DNA of 64,000 nt from Carcharhinus longimanus (Eukaryota): NCBI GenBank assembly GCA_030264375.1, contig JASCQW010000081.1, positions 40,202,246-40,266,245 on the forward strand. Direction: 5' to 3'. Positions 49,663 to 61,105 of the stretch are shown piece after piece. Under the pieces are notes generated by a model. The model ran no database searches and was not told the DNA's origin. It saw nothing but the letters and a program-made list of their open reading frames with translations. Within the stretch, counting starts at the first letter, position 1. Each line of letters begins with the position of its first letter. Made by a program: the position numbers and the translations under genes.

Positions 49663-50659
49663 CAATGAAAGGAGAAGGGGACAACAATCTTGAATAATTT
49701 GTATGAGTTCAGGTGCTAGGAATGCACTCCATTGGGAGAATGTTTGTTGGGGGTGGGGAAATAAATGCTTTGCTGCAGTACTTAAAGGGCTGTATTAACT
49801 TTAAGGGACAACCATTACCTCAGTAGCTTTGTTTACACAAAATGTAATTTTTACTCTAAAAATGTCTGCATGATTGTCGCACGATCAAAGAAATCCTTCA
49901 TTACAATTTCTGATAAGAACATGCTGCTACTTAAGGTTAGAATCAGGATCGAGGCTTTTTTGGGAAGAGACAGATACAAGGTTCTAAAGTTAGACAGGCA
50001 ACTCTTAGGGAGGACACAAGGAAAATGATCAATTCAGTTAATTTACAACTAAAAAATCTCATACCTGACTTCTCAATACTGGAAAACGTTTAATGACTTA
50101 CCAGGTCACAAACAGTGTTAAGTACATGTGGGATATATAATTACCTTGCTGCTCTAGGATTATTTTGCAGGTTACAATAACTGAACGGCAACAAAAAAAA
50201 TTATAATTAGAGGTTTCTTGTTATATTATTCAAAAGTGTTATGAACTCTGTTGTTATGCATATAAATCCAAAATGCCACATCACTCAGTACTGCACTACA
50301 GTCAGTGTAGTAAGCATGCATCAGTCTGAAGTTTAGTGAGATATAAGAAATAAATTTAATGCCGGTAACTTAATGTAAAACCACAATGTTACCCACTTCT
50401 AAGCAATCATAAAAAAGAATGCTTCAGATCTTGACTGGATGTTTTAGTTTTCAGTAAAAAAAAAAGCAGTTGGATAGATTCTGTCATATAAGTATCAGGA
50501 AAACAATATTCATTATAAAATTAGATGCCGTGATCCATCTGCTAACTTTACTGCAAATCTGCTGTCGGATTATTGTATTCAAAAGACAAACCTGGGCAGA
50601 CAAAAGGCAATGGGAACTTTAAAGACCGAAATCAATGACACAAATTTGATTTTGACTGA

Positions 50660-51795
50660 CTTAATCCCGAAAAGTGAGTTGACGCATTTTGGGAGGACTA
50701 ACAAGGCAAGGGAATGAACAAGGAAAGGTGGGATGCTCAAAAATACAGAAGACCAGAGGGATCTTGGGGTGCATGCCCAACGATCCCTGAAGATAGCAGG
50801 AAGGGAAGATAAGGTGGTTAAGAAGGCATATGGAATACTTGCCTTTATTAGTCAAGGCACAGAATATAAGAGCAGGTAGGTTATGGCGGACCTTCATAAA
50901 ACATATTGCTACAGTACTGCATGCAATTCGGTTTACCACACTATAGGAAGGATGTAACTGCACATAGAAAGGGTGCAGAGGAGATTTACCAGGATGTTGC
51001 CTGGGCTGGACTGTTTCAGTTATGAAGAGAGACTGGATAGGCTGAGGTTATTTTTGAGCAGAGAATGCTGAGGAGGTTCCTCATTGATGTGCATAAAATT
51101 ATAAGGGACAGAAAAAGAGCAGATAGGAAGAAATGCTTCCCCGGAGCAGTGTGGTCAATAACCAAGGGGCACAGACTTAAGGTTAGGAGCAGAGAAGATT
51201 TAAAGGGGATTGGAGGAAAAACATTTTCACCCAGAAGGTGGTGGGAATCTGGAACTTATTGTCTGAAGTGGCAGAGACAAGGGCCCTCACAACATTTATG
51301 AAGCATTTTGATGAACACTTGAAATGCCATAGCAGGCAAAGTATGTTGACAAAGTGCTGGAAAATGGGATTAGAATAGATTGGTGTTTGATGGCCGGCAC
51401 AGACATGGTGAACAAAAGGGCCTCTTTTTTTATTTATTCATGGGACATGGGTGACACTGGCTTACCAGCATTTATTGCCTATTTCTAGTTGTCCTTGGAG
51501 GGTCAATCACATTGCTGTGGCTCTGGAGTAAGCATGTAGGCCAGACCAGGTAAAGATGATAGATTTCCTTCCCTAAAGGACATTAGTGAACCAGATGGCT
51601 TTTTCTGACAATCAATAATGGTTTCATGGTCATCAGTAGATCCTTAATTCTAGATATTCTTTATTGAATTCAAATTCCACCATCTGTCATGGCGGGATTC
51701 GAACCTGAGTCCCCAGAACATTAGCTGAGCTTCGGGATTAATAGTCTAGTGATAATACCACTAGGCCATTGCCTCTTTCTGTGCTGTAAAACTAC
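50660..51795 (+). mobile_element. CR1 LINE 3' portion with a SINE inserted in its tail
   Basis: ERVQRRFTRMLPGLDCFSYEERLDRL; tail gggcctcttt|insert|ctgtgctgtaaaac. Confidence 0.88.
51428..51773 (-). mobile_element. Meta-domain-like tRNA SINE, young, flanked by gcctcttt direct repeats
   Basis: Full head-to-tail match to the 41011 copy; gcctcttt at 51420-51427 and 51771-51778. Confidence 0.88.
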
Positions 51796-52064
51796 CTATT
51801 GAGCTGGCTACATTTTTTTTCTAAGTGCATTCCATTGTATCTTTGTACCCTTTCCAACAGAGTTGTTATTCAATAAAAGTAAGCAAATTTGCATGAATAC
51901 TTAACAACAATACAGTTATATTGGTTGCTATAATTGTCCCATCAATTCTGTAAACATTTTTCTCAACAGTTCCTCCGTTTTCTCCTGATGGTATTGCCTC
52001 TTTTTTGAGATGTGGTTCAATGAGTACCACTGATATTTTACTCATGTGATTATTCTTCATGTGA

Positions 52065-52335
52065 GTGACCATGGGCAGCATTGCTGAGTTCATCTTGTCC
52101 TCACTACCATCTATTCGCACAATACCATTAGTGATTGCTGGACCATGATTAGGAGAGAGAATCCTAAGCTGAAATGCTCCACCATCCTCCTCCCACTGTC
52201 ACAAAATTTGCTTTGACCAATCATGGTGTACCTAATGCCAATCTAGCTAAAATCAGTCAAATTGGACAAGGTGAGGATCAAGCCTGGAGCAATCCTGATC
52301 AGTGTGACTCATTGGATTAAAATCTGTACCACTGA
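52065..52335 (-). mobile_element. Ancient tRNA SINE, AmnSINE2-like
   Basis: cttgtcctcac...gattaggag..gaatcctaagctga...ccaat...ctagctaaaatcag...ggatcaagcctgg resembles my recollection of that consensus; strongly diverged. Confidence 0.45.
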
Positions 52336-53648
52336 ATATGGTTCACCACAAATTTAACAGAGTGGGCAACATGGCAGGCTTTGATTAGAGTTTGAGAGTG
52401 GGTCGCTCAGAAGCAAAAATACCTGAAATTTTTTGCAATGTAATGATCTGAATCCTTTGGTAAAAGGCTTCAAACTGTAAGGAGGAATCGAAATGTGAAT
52501 GAATCTGAATGTAAACACTTGTCTATTTGATCAGTTTGGATGTCTTTTCCACACTAAACTACCTTAAATGCAATTATGGCAAAAAGAGATCAACGAATGT
52601 TTTAATTTCATATTAATCATGTTGAAAACATCCAAATATATTCAAAATTAATTCCTCTGGCATTTGGATATAAACCCTAATTCTATGGTAAGCCGCAATC
52701 TTAATCTAATAATCATCTATTGAAAATACATGTATTAATGGCAAGTTATATCTTGGTATTAAATTGTGGATTAATTAGTAAGTGAAAAGATAAATTCCTG
52801 ATTAAAAAATGAACTGAAACTGCCCTTTTATTTGCTTTCTCTTAATGTGAATTGTCTGCACTAATGAATGCCTTCAAGTTAATCACACCAATCATGTAAG
52901 GCAATGAAGCATCCAATATCATTTTAATAGCAATACCATTCCAATATGTAATACATGCCTTTGAACAAATCATTCTGCAGGGTCACGGGCCAATAACTTA
53001 CTCCTTTTTCGGAGCACTTGAAATATAATTAAGAACACATTTGAACTTTTTCTAAGTGTTACACACAGTATGATCAAGGTAAGTGGAGACAAATAAAATA
53101 ATCTCTTTACAGGTGAAGGCAAATGTGAAATGGTCGTCAAAAATTACGGATGGACCTCACAAATTACATCTTCCAATTGCTTGTTTTTCCCACTGAATTC
53201 TTTGCTCTGTTTGCAATTTCACACCTTCACTTGTCGAACATTTAGCAAAGAGTCAAGAAGCCTCAGCTTTTCTTCAGTACTGCCAATTATATTCCCTTGC
53301 TACATTTCACAGTAAATTTCTATCTCAGAGCTCTCTAATTCAGTGTGGCGCATTGGTAATGACCTGAACGGTAGATGTTTCACACATACATATTTAATTA
53401 CAGCAGCTGAACAAATTACATATTTATGCTTTATAAAGAAGATTGTCATTCTAATTCATTTGCTATGCATGCAGGTACAAGACTCCCATCTGTGACTGCA
53501 TCTGCACAACAAGGGGCTTTCATGGGATAACATGCTGTTAGCAGAAACAGTGAAACCTGTATTAAATGGTCATTCTCCAGACTATCAAAAAAAACGGCAT
53601 CAAGGGATTGCTTCTTCATCCAGAATGGTCAAACTGGCCCATTTGCCA

Positions 53649-53805
53649 CAAAAGCAAAATCTTACTGATGCCGGAAATCTGAAATAGGAACAAATAAAAG
53701 ACTCAGCAGGTCAAGCAGCATCAGTGAAGGGAAGAGTTAACATTTCAGGTCAATGACCTGAGAGGATGATGCCCAACCTGTTGAGTTTTTCAAGTTTTAT
53801 TGTTC
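53649..53805. mobile_element. Decayed fold-back Penelope-derived repeat
   Basis: actcagcaggtcaagcagcatc / gatgcccaacctgttgagt arms; centre gttaacatttcaggtcaatgacct is a reversed stem II plus GAAA. Confidence 0.65.
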
Positions 53806-54969
53806 TTACAACCCATTTGTCAGTTTATTATATCGATACGGTACAATCAGCACTTGGCCGTTGTAATGATTACAGCATACAACACCTAATGGACAAAAAC
53901 TTCCCTCGTTAATATTTTGCAGAGGGTATCTCAAGAAACTTCTAATAATAACTTTGTAAACATCAATCTTTAATTATCTCACAGCACAGCAGCAACTGAA
54001 CTCAGTGATTAGATATTTGCACAGGCAACCTAACACTGGTACACAAACTGAATAAATTAATATGTATTAAAACAAAATCCACATTATAAACAATAAAATA
54101 GACACAGAAACTATTTATACTGCAAAATAATCGTGGTCAGATGGTTATTATAAGCTCTAATTTTGTGGTTTGGTGTGAAATAACTACATTTAATCACTTC
54201 CAGGCATGTATTAACTTTATGTTCCCTTTCCTTCACCACCACCCTCCCCCCACCCCCTTTCTCTTTTAAAATGGTGTACTAATGGTTGACAGGGTGTTTT
54301 TAGGGCCTCTGTATTAAAATATCATCCCCAGTTCTATTGTATATGAATTAATTCCCCAGTGGCCATTATAGTAATCAGTTCTGGCTCTCCATTATTCTCT
54401 GGAGAAATAATCATATGAGGTGTTGATTACTGTCCACAACATCCCTCTCAGTTTGTTCTTTATGTAGCAAGTTATCGATGAACACCAATGAAGAAAGACT
54501 GAATGCGTGACACACTTGTCCAAGGAGATCGCACCGGTGATCAAGAGTTGTGACTAATGCATAAGCGCTAATTGGTCTTTTTGCATATGTGAACAAATAT
54601 CCTGTATTCATTGGGTTTTGATAATTATTCAGATATATCAAAAAGTCAGGTTAAATAGAGTGTATTGGATTGCTGAAAGATGAACAACGACGCAACAATG
54701 AGCTGTATAATGCTTGGAACTGAAATACAGACAAAAGTATCAAATCACTATTCTGAAGATGATTTTATTTTAGGTTTAGTTTATATTTGGTGGAACTGTT
54801 ATTTCTAACAGCAACCCTCATAGAAGAGGTGAATAATTGCAGATATACTATAGGTACCTTATACAAAGTCCGGTAGTCAAAAATAGAAATTGTCCAAAAA
54901 CTCAAGATCTGAGTGTTGTTTCCAGAACTGAGTAAGCATAAGAGGCCATTCTCAGGCTGATACCAGAAG

Positions 54970-55272
54970 ATAGAATCATTGAATCCCTACAGTGCAGAAG
55001 GAGGCCATTCGGCCCATCAAGCCTGCACTGACAACAATCCCACCCAGGCCCCATCTGATACCCTGCTATTCCCCCTGACACTAAGGGGCAATTTAGCTTG
55101 GCCAATCAACCTAGCCTCCACATCTTTGGACAGTGGGAGCAAACCGGAGCACCCGGAGTAAGCTCACGCAGACACGGGAAGAACATGCAAACTCCTCACA
55201 AACAGTGACCCGAGGTCGGAATTGAACCGGGGTCCCTGGTGCTGAGAGTCAGCAATGCTAACCACTGTGCAC
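54970..55272 (-). mobile_element. HE1-type V-SINE with CR1-like tail
   Basis: gaatccctacagtgcagaaggaggccattcggccc tail; V-domain; head gctaaccactgtgc. Confidence 0.9.
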
Positions 55273-56559
55273 ATACAGGACCAGAGTCCATTGTAGTTCT
55301 TTGAGATCTGCTTCCCCACACCTGCGGCCTTCCCTATTCTCCAGACACGAAGCTGCATGTTCCGCCGACAGATAATCCAAAATCCAAGAATGTTCAAAAT
55401 CCAGCACAGTCTTGGTCCCAAGGGTGCCAGATATTGGACATCGGAGCTGTTCGCTATGCCCTCATTCTTTCAAGGCAGGGTTTGCATTTTAAACTGAATG
55501 TGAACCACATTTGTTTAGCTCCTGCTCGCTGGCAGTTAATCTTGTTGTTTCTACATGTAAATTGATACCACTGTGAAGGTAGTATTTCCTTTCTGGATTG
55601 GGATTTTCATAGTATCAATTTATCATGCAGATCACGTACTCATTCATACGTTAGCAAGTTTTATATACCTTTTACTTGGTCAATATAATGGCAAGAGTGA
55701 ACTTGTTTCATTTGAATTCATTCTCATACTTCAGTGTTGCTGATCTTAAACTGGCTCATCCAGTCAAGTTATTTCAGCTAAAAAAAAATGGACCAATAGT
55801 TTAACTTCACTGTGATTTTAAGATTTGTTCGGTAAATGGGTTTACGCGATATGAAAACCTTTAATCTCACTGAATGCCACCTTTGCTAATAGCAAAGAAA
55901 ATCCATTATCTCGTGCTTCCCAAAGTTTATGCAGTGAAACAAACAAATTAGTTCAGGCTATTGCAGTGGCAAGAAGCAGTGTAATTACACTTTAATTAGG
56001 GCTATCAGCAGCTTCCATAATCTGCTAGGCTCCTGCCAAAGCAGACAGAGAAGCAATACAGGGGCCGATACATAAACGATTGGAAGAACAGCTGGCCTCG
56101 CTTGTAAAGTACTTAAAACCAAAGGTACTACATGCTTTTTATGAGATAACGATCTTAACTGGTTAAATTTGGCTCATCCTTGTAAGAGTAAACTCATCAG
56201 GTTGAAACTACTGTGTTTACCAGATCCATTAGAGAGTGACAGAGATTGAAATCACATTGTCACTTCAGTTATGTTTGTTGTTGCTTCCTGAAGTGACTTT
56301 CTTTGATAGCAATTTCTGTAACTGTCAGATCACCCTGACTTGTACTTGAGAATGGGTATCATTATTGGCATGCCCTTGTTTGGATGGCATTTCATATACA
56401 GCCCATGAGAGAACAGATTCATTCGGAAAGGTTTTCCACATCATAACAAGAAAGCATAATAGTAATAACTAAAATAAAGAGCTGGGCAAAAATATAGGTT
56501 ACATAACTCCTTTACAAGACTTCTTTCCAAGTACAGTTACAAAAATCATTTCATGTCCA

Positions 56560-57180
56560 CAAAGTGCCCCAAAACATTTTACAGCCAACACAGTGCCTTT
56601 TTCTTAAAAAAATGTTGTAATGTAGGAAATGCAGCAGCCAATTTGCACATAGAAGGACCCCAAATACAGCAATGTGATTTTGAAAAATGATGTTGGGTCA
56701 GGAAAAATTATTGACCAGGGTGCACGGCCAGAAATTCCCATCCCTTCTTGAAAATAGTGCCAATCCCCAGATAGGACAAACAGCATCTCAGTTTAAGCAA
56801 AAGACAATGGCCGGGATTCTCCTGAGAAATATCTAAGTGCTGTTGTCAGTGGGAAATCCGGAATACAAGGAGGCCAGAGCATCTGGTCTCAAACCCAGTA
56901 ATTATATTCAAACGCATTCAAATCAGCTGTGATCTAATGCTCACCCACTCTGGGTGAGAACTTGACCGGGGTCGATGTGGCAGGCTGGGAGACTCGCAAC
57001 AGGTTTGACAATCGGTGAGAACCCTGATTTGGCCTTTGAAGAATCACGCCTAACATCTCCAGAAGCACAGCATTCCCTCAGCATCAGCCAACATTTACCA
57101 TTCAGTCCTCTGCAGTGGGACTTGTAACCCAAGGAAAAGCTCAGATTCAGAGATGAGTGTCCTGCTTACTGAGCCAAAGC
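56560..57180 (-). mobile_element. SacSINE1/DeuSINE-like element split by a MITE
   Basis: tgttgtaatgtaggaaatgcagcagccaatttgc..., resuming at ~57051 (cagcattccctcag...gtgggacttg..gagccaaagc). Confidence 0.7.
56808..57050. mobile_element. MITE nested in SINE
   Basis: TIRs ggccgggattct / agaatcacgcc. Confidence 0.65.
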
Positions 57181-57917
57181 AGGAGAAAAATTTAACTTCA
57201 AACGAAAGTTTGAGAGAGAATTACACTGGAGAATGAATGTTGAAAAATGGTTAGTCTTTCTACAATGTTCAAATTTAAGCAGTCCATCAACATCCTGCCA
57301 TTTTCTATGGATGTACAAGAAAAACATGGAGTAGCTTTGACAATAATATTAGAGAAAGGCCAAGTTGAATAAATTAAGAGAAATTCACAGTCTGTGATTT
57401 GGATATGCTGGGATCGTCGTTGATTGTACTCTCCAGTGATGCCTCCATCACAGTGTACAAAGTCAGTGGCAAGGCACTCATATACATTGAGTTGGCAGGC
57501 TCCTGGTTTACTGGGTGTAGGGACACAGCACCTGTATCTCCACCTCATGCGTTCAAAAATAACCCAGTGCTACTTGCTAACTTGCAAGTAGAAACTAGAA
57601 ACTAAAGCTGTCACCAAGACACATCCTTCTTGGAAACACACCCCTTGAGATTATCAAAACCTCCTTTTGGGGGTCTGGGCCTTCTCCTACATCAGAATTT
57701 CCCCACTGATCATCCACACTGGGGTCCACTTGTGCATAACTCAAGGTTAGTATCTCACTCAGCATAATATATTCACTAGCTGGGGAAGTGGTGATCTCAG
57801 GGCTGGGAGCCCAAGCTCCTAATATCAGTAGTCTCACATGGGAGGGTAGAAGTTGCACAAGATCCTGGAATCACTAAGGACCCATCCCAAGCAGGCCTTT
57901 GTTGTATTCCAAAATCA

Positions 57918-58012
57918 ATAAAAGGTAACTGGCCCGAAACTTTAATTCTGTTCCTCACTTCACATACACTGCATGACCTGATGAACATTTCCAGCATTTT
58001 TCATTTTCATTT
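57918..58012 (+). mobile_element. Decayed half of a Penelope-derived hammerhead repeat
   Basis: ggcccgaaactttaattctg...tgacctgatgaacatttccagcatttt. Confidence 0.55.
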
Positions 58013-58309
58013 CTGTTATAGTCCAACTGATTTGACTGTTGGAGTTATAATGGGATATGGTAGAAACTTCAAGAAAATTCAGACTGCTTGGTTTAAAAAA
58101 GACTGAATTCCAATTCACTTATTATGCAATTGAATACAAGAATAGTCATCATATAATGAAATAACTAACTTTTAAAATTTAAAAAAAAGCTAATAATGTC
58201 TAAACTTTCCACCTGGTATTACTTTAGACTCTGCAAATAAAGGATTTATTATGAGTGAGTTACCATCAGTGCTAAAATAACGCTTTTTGGAATATCTTGG
58301 TCTAAGAGT

Positions 58310-58668
58310 TAGCTGTGCTCAGTTAACAATACTTGCATCACAGTCAGAAATCTCAGATTGGAGTACTCAGTCCAGGCTGCAGAACCAAGCTAACGCTGCA
58401 CTATCTACATGTTCCAGTGGCCTTGTTGATTATGAGTAATTCAATAAGTGGGGAGTTCTCCTAATTTCTTGATCAACAATCCTCCCTCAGCCACCTGCAC
58501 CAAAAACAGAAGAACTAATGATCCACCTAATTGCTGTTTGTGAGACATTGCTATGCACAGAACAACTGATGTATTTAACAATATAATAGCAGGAACTGCA
58601 CTTCAAGGCTCCATGTGAAATATGTTGGGATATTGCTGAGGGATGCTATAAATACAACTTCCTTTCTT
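58310..58668 (+). mobile_element. Degenerate SacSINE1/DeuSINE-like element
   Basis: ggggagttctcc...ttgctgtttgtgagacattgctatgcac...ctgcacttcaa...gatgctataaatacaa. Confidence 0.6.
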
Positions 58669-59614
58669 GTTTAGTTTCAAAGGGCAGTGTAATGTCTAGT
58701 GGTTAATCATAGTTCAGCCAAAGACTTTAGTGCAGAAAAGCTGAAGCTCACATCCATCCACCTGAAGTCTCAAAGGTTGGCCATACCGCAGTTTCTAATT
58801 CTCATAATTCAGATGAGCTCCCTTGGAGAAAACTTTGTGCAAATCGATTGTAGAATGTGACTTCAGGTAATGTCACTTGGGTGGCAGAAAGGCCTCAGGG
58901 TCCTCTGGTGATACAACCAGAGTCCTGCCTATCAGACTGAGAAAGGACATGAGGGCTACAGGCCCCAAGAGAGAACAGCCTAGCAAAAGGTAATAAATAT
59001 CACTGCTCTGGTACCAAGTACAGCAAATCTGAGCTGCAAAATACATACGGTCACATTTGGCCTGTCAACAGAACAGCAGTCAATCAATACCTTGCAAAAA
59101 GGCTGTACAGTAAGCATATCAGCCAGTGATCTCCCTACACATTGTGATGTGTTGTCCTCCATTAGCTGGAGGCCAGCTCATTCTTGGCTGTACTAAAAGT
59201 TGTCCTTCACTCAATGACTTAAATTGGAACTCATCTCACCAAAGATCTCACCTGGGAATAATTAGAAGCATACACCTATTATAACCTTCACTGTGATCTG
59301 CTTTATAAGATCTGTATTTTACTGAATCTCATGTCCACCAGCTCAGATACTGACATGAAACAATGGAAACTGTGACTATGCATCATAGTAGGATTCACAA
59401 GTGTGGAAATGAAATTGAACTTCCTTGCTGGAAAGAATGGGCTTCAAGCTCTGTGCAATGCCCTGTGTGAAGTTGGTGTGAATACGTGCATGCTCCTCCG
59501 CACTCAGTGCTTTTTTATCAGGTTTCCTAATGCACCAAGTAATTTGTTGTTCACACTTTTCAGTGTTCTTCTGCGGCCCTACCCAAAGTCCTCTTCTGCA
59601 CAACCTGCGAGCAA

Positions 59615-59633
59615 CTGTGCCCTCTGGTGAGCT
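59615..59633 (-). promoter_or_regulatory. CTCF-like motif inside the Harbinger relic
   Basis: Minus strand AGCTCACCAGAGGGCACAG; motif match only. Confidence 0.35.
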
Positions 59634-60396
59634 CGCATTTGAACTACCCTGGCCCTCTCCATCAGCAGCAGCCCATGCATGCCCAATTTCTCAACCCGTA
59701 CAGATTACACTTCTAATCTATCCTCTAATACGGGCACAGTGTCAGTATCTGAGTTGGCAGCTGTGAGCATGGAATTAAATGATAGTGTCGTGACTTCATC
59801 ATCACTGTCTTCTTTGTGTTCCTCTACTGCCTGGCCAGGCTGCACCTCTTGGGTATCTGAAAGGAAAAAGGCACAAAGGTAAGATTGTTGTGGGGAGGAC
59901 AAAGTAAGAGGTAAATGCTCACATCATCTTCAGCTTGCACATCACAGGAGAATGGAGGAGGAACAGGAGATGGTATGCCTGTTGAAAATGAGTTATGGAG
60001 ACACCATCATCGTTGATGGTTTCACTCCGCCACTGGCCACAACAATGGGTTGTGCAGTGATTGTCAGCACCTATTCCTTCGTAGATTTAGGACATGCAAG
60101 CACACCTGTCACCCTCCAGTTGCCTCCTGCTGCATCCAGTTATTGCACCACCTTCTACTACAATAGTGAATGTGTGTTTCAATGTCATGCAATTATTTTG
60201 GCTGATGCGGCGGTCATGCTGACAGTGTGAGCAACATGTAAAATGTGAGTTTGATGCTTGCTGCAGTGCTAAATATGTGTGAGGATGAGGTGAAGTATAT
60301 GAACGTTAGGTACGAGACCTGATTGAAAGGGATTGTTGGTAGGTGAGCAGTAGGAATGTGGGGATTTAAGCGTGGCTAAGATTACTTCTGCAACAA

Positions 60397-60700
60397 GGCG
60401 GCATGGTGGCACAGTGGTTAGCATTGCTTCCTCACAGCGCCAGGGACTCTGGTTCGATTTCTGGTTTGTCTGTGCAGCGTCTACACCTTCTCCCCGTCTG
60501 CATGGGTTTCCTCAGGGTGCTCCGGTTTCCGCCCACAATCCAGAAGATACACCGGTTACGTACATTGGCCATGCTAAATTCTCCCTCAATGTACCCGAAC
60601 AGGTGCCGGCGTGTGGCGACTAGTGGATTTTCCCAGTAACTTCGTTGCAGTATTAATGTAAGCCTACTTGCGACACTAATAAATAAACTTTAAATTAAAC
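60397..60700 (+). mobile_element. V-SINE (type B tail)
   Basis: ggcggcatggtggcacagtggttagc head; tail gtggcgactag..agtaacttcgttgcagtattaatgtaagcctacttgcgacactaataaa(taaactt)n. Confidence 0.88.
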
Positions 60701-60744
60701 TTTAAACTTAAAAGTTTAAACTTAATCTGGTAGGACATAGCATT

Positions 60745-61105
60745 TGAATCACAGAATTATTACAACATAAAAGGAGCTAATTCAGTCCATTGCTCTTTCA
60801 GAGAAATAGTACAGGGTCAATGTAGACAATCCCAATTCCCTACCCTTACCTCAAAATTCTGCAAATCTTGTCCAGTTCCCCTTTGAAGGCTACAATTGAA
60901 TCTGCGTCCACCACCCACTGAAGCAGTGCATTCCAGATCTTAACCAAATGTTGTGTAAGATAACACTAAATGTGTCCTGTGCTTCTCAATCCTTCTGTCA
61001 ACAGGAACAAATTCCATCTACACATCATCATTTTGACATCGCTATCAATTTTTTCCTCATCCCTCTTGAAGGAGAACAATCCCAGTTTTTCCAATTTATC
61101 CACAG
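60745..61105 (-). mobile_element. Degenerate CR1 3' end
   Basis: LEKLGLFSFKR in ORF 60966-61202; gcagtgcattccagatc motif. Confidence 0.7.

Noticed and set aside
53079-53112. Perfect donor AAG|GTAAGT followed by an acceptor 34 nt later
   Set aside because: Too short for a vertebrate intron; flanks give no recognisable coding frame.
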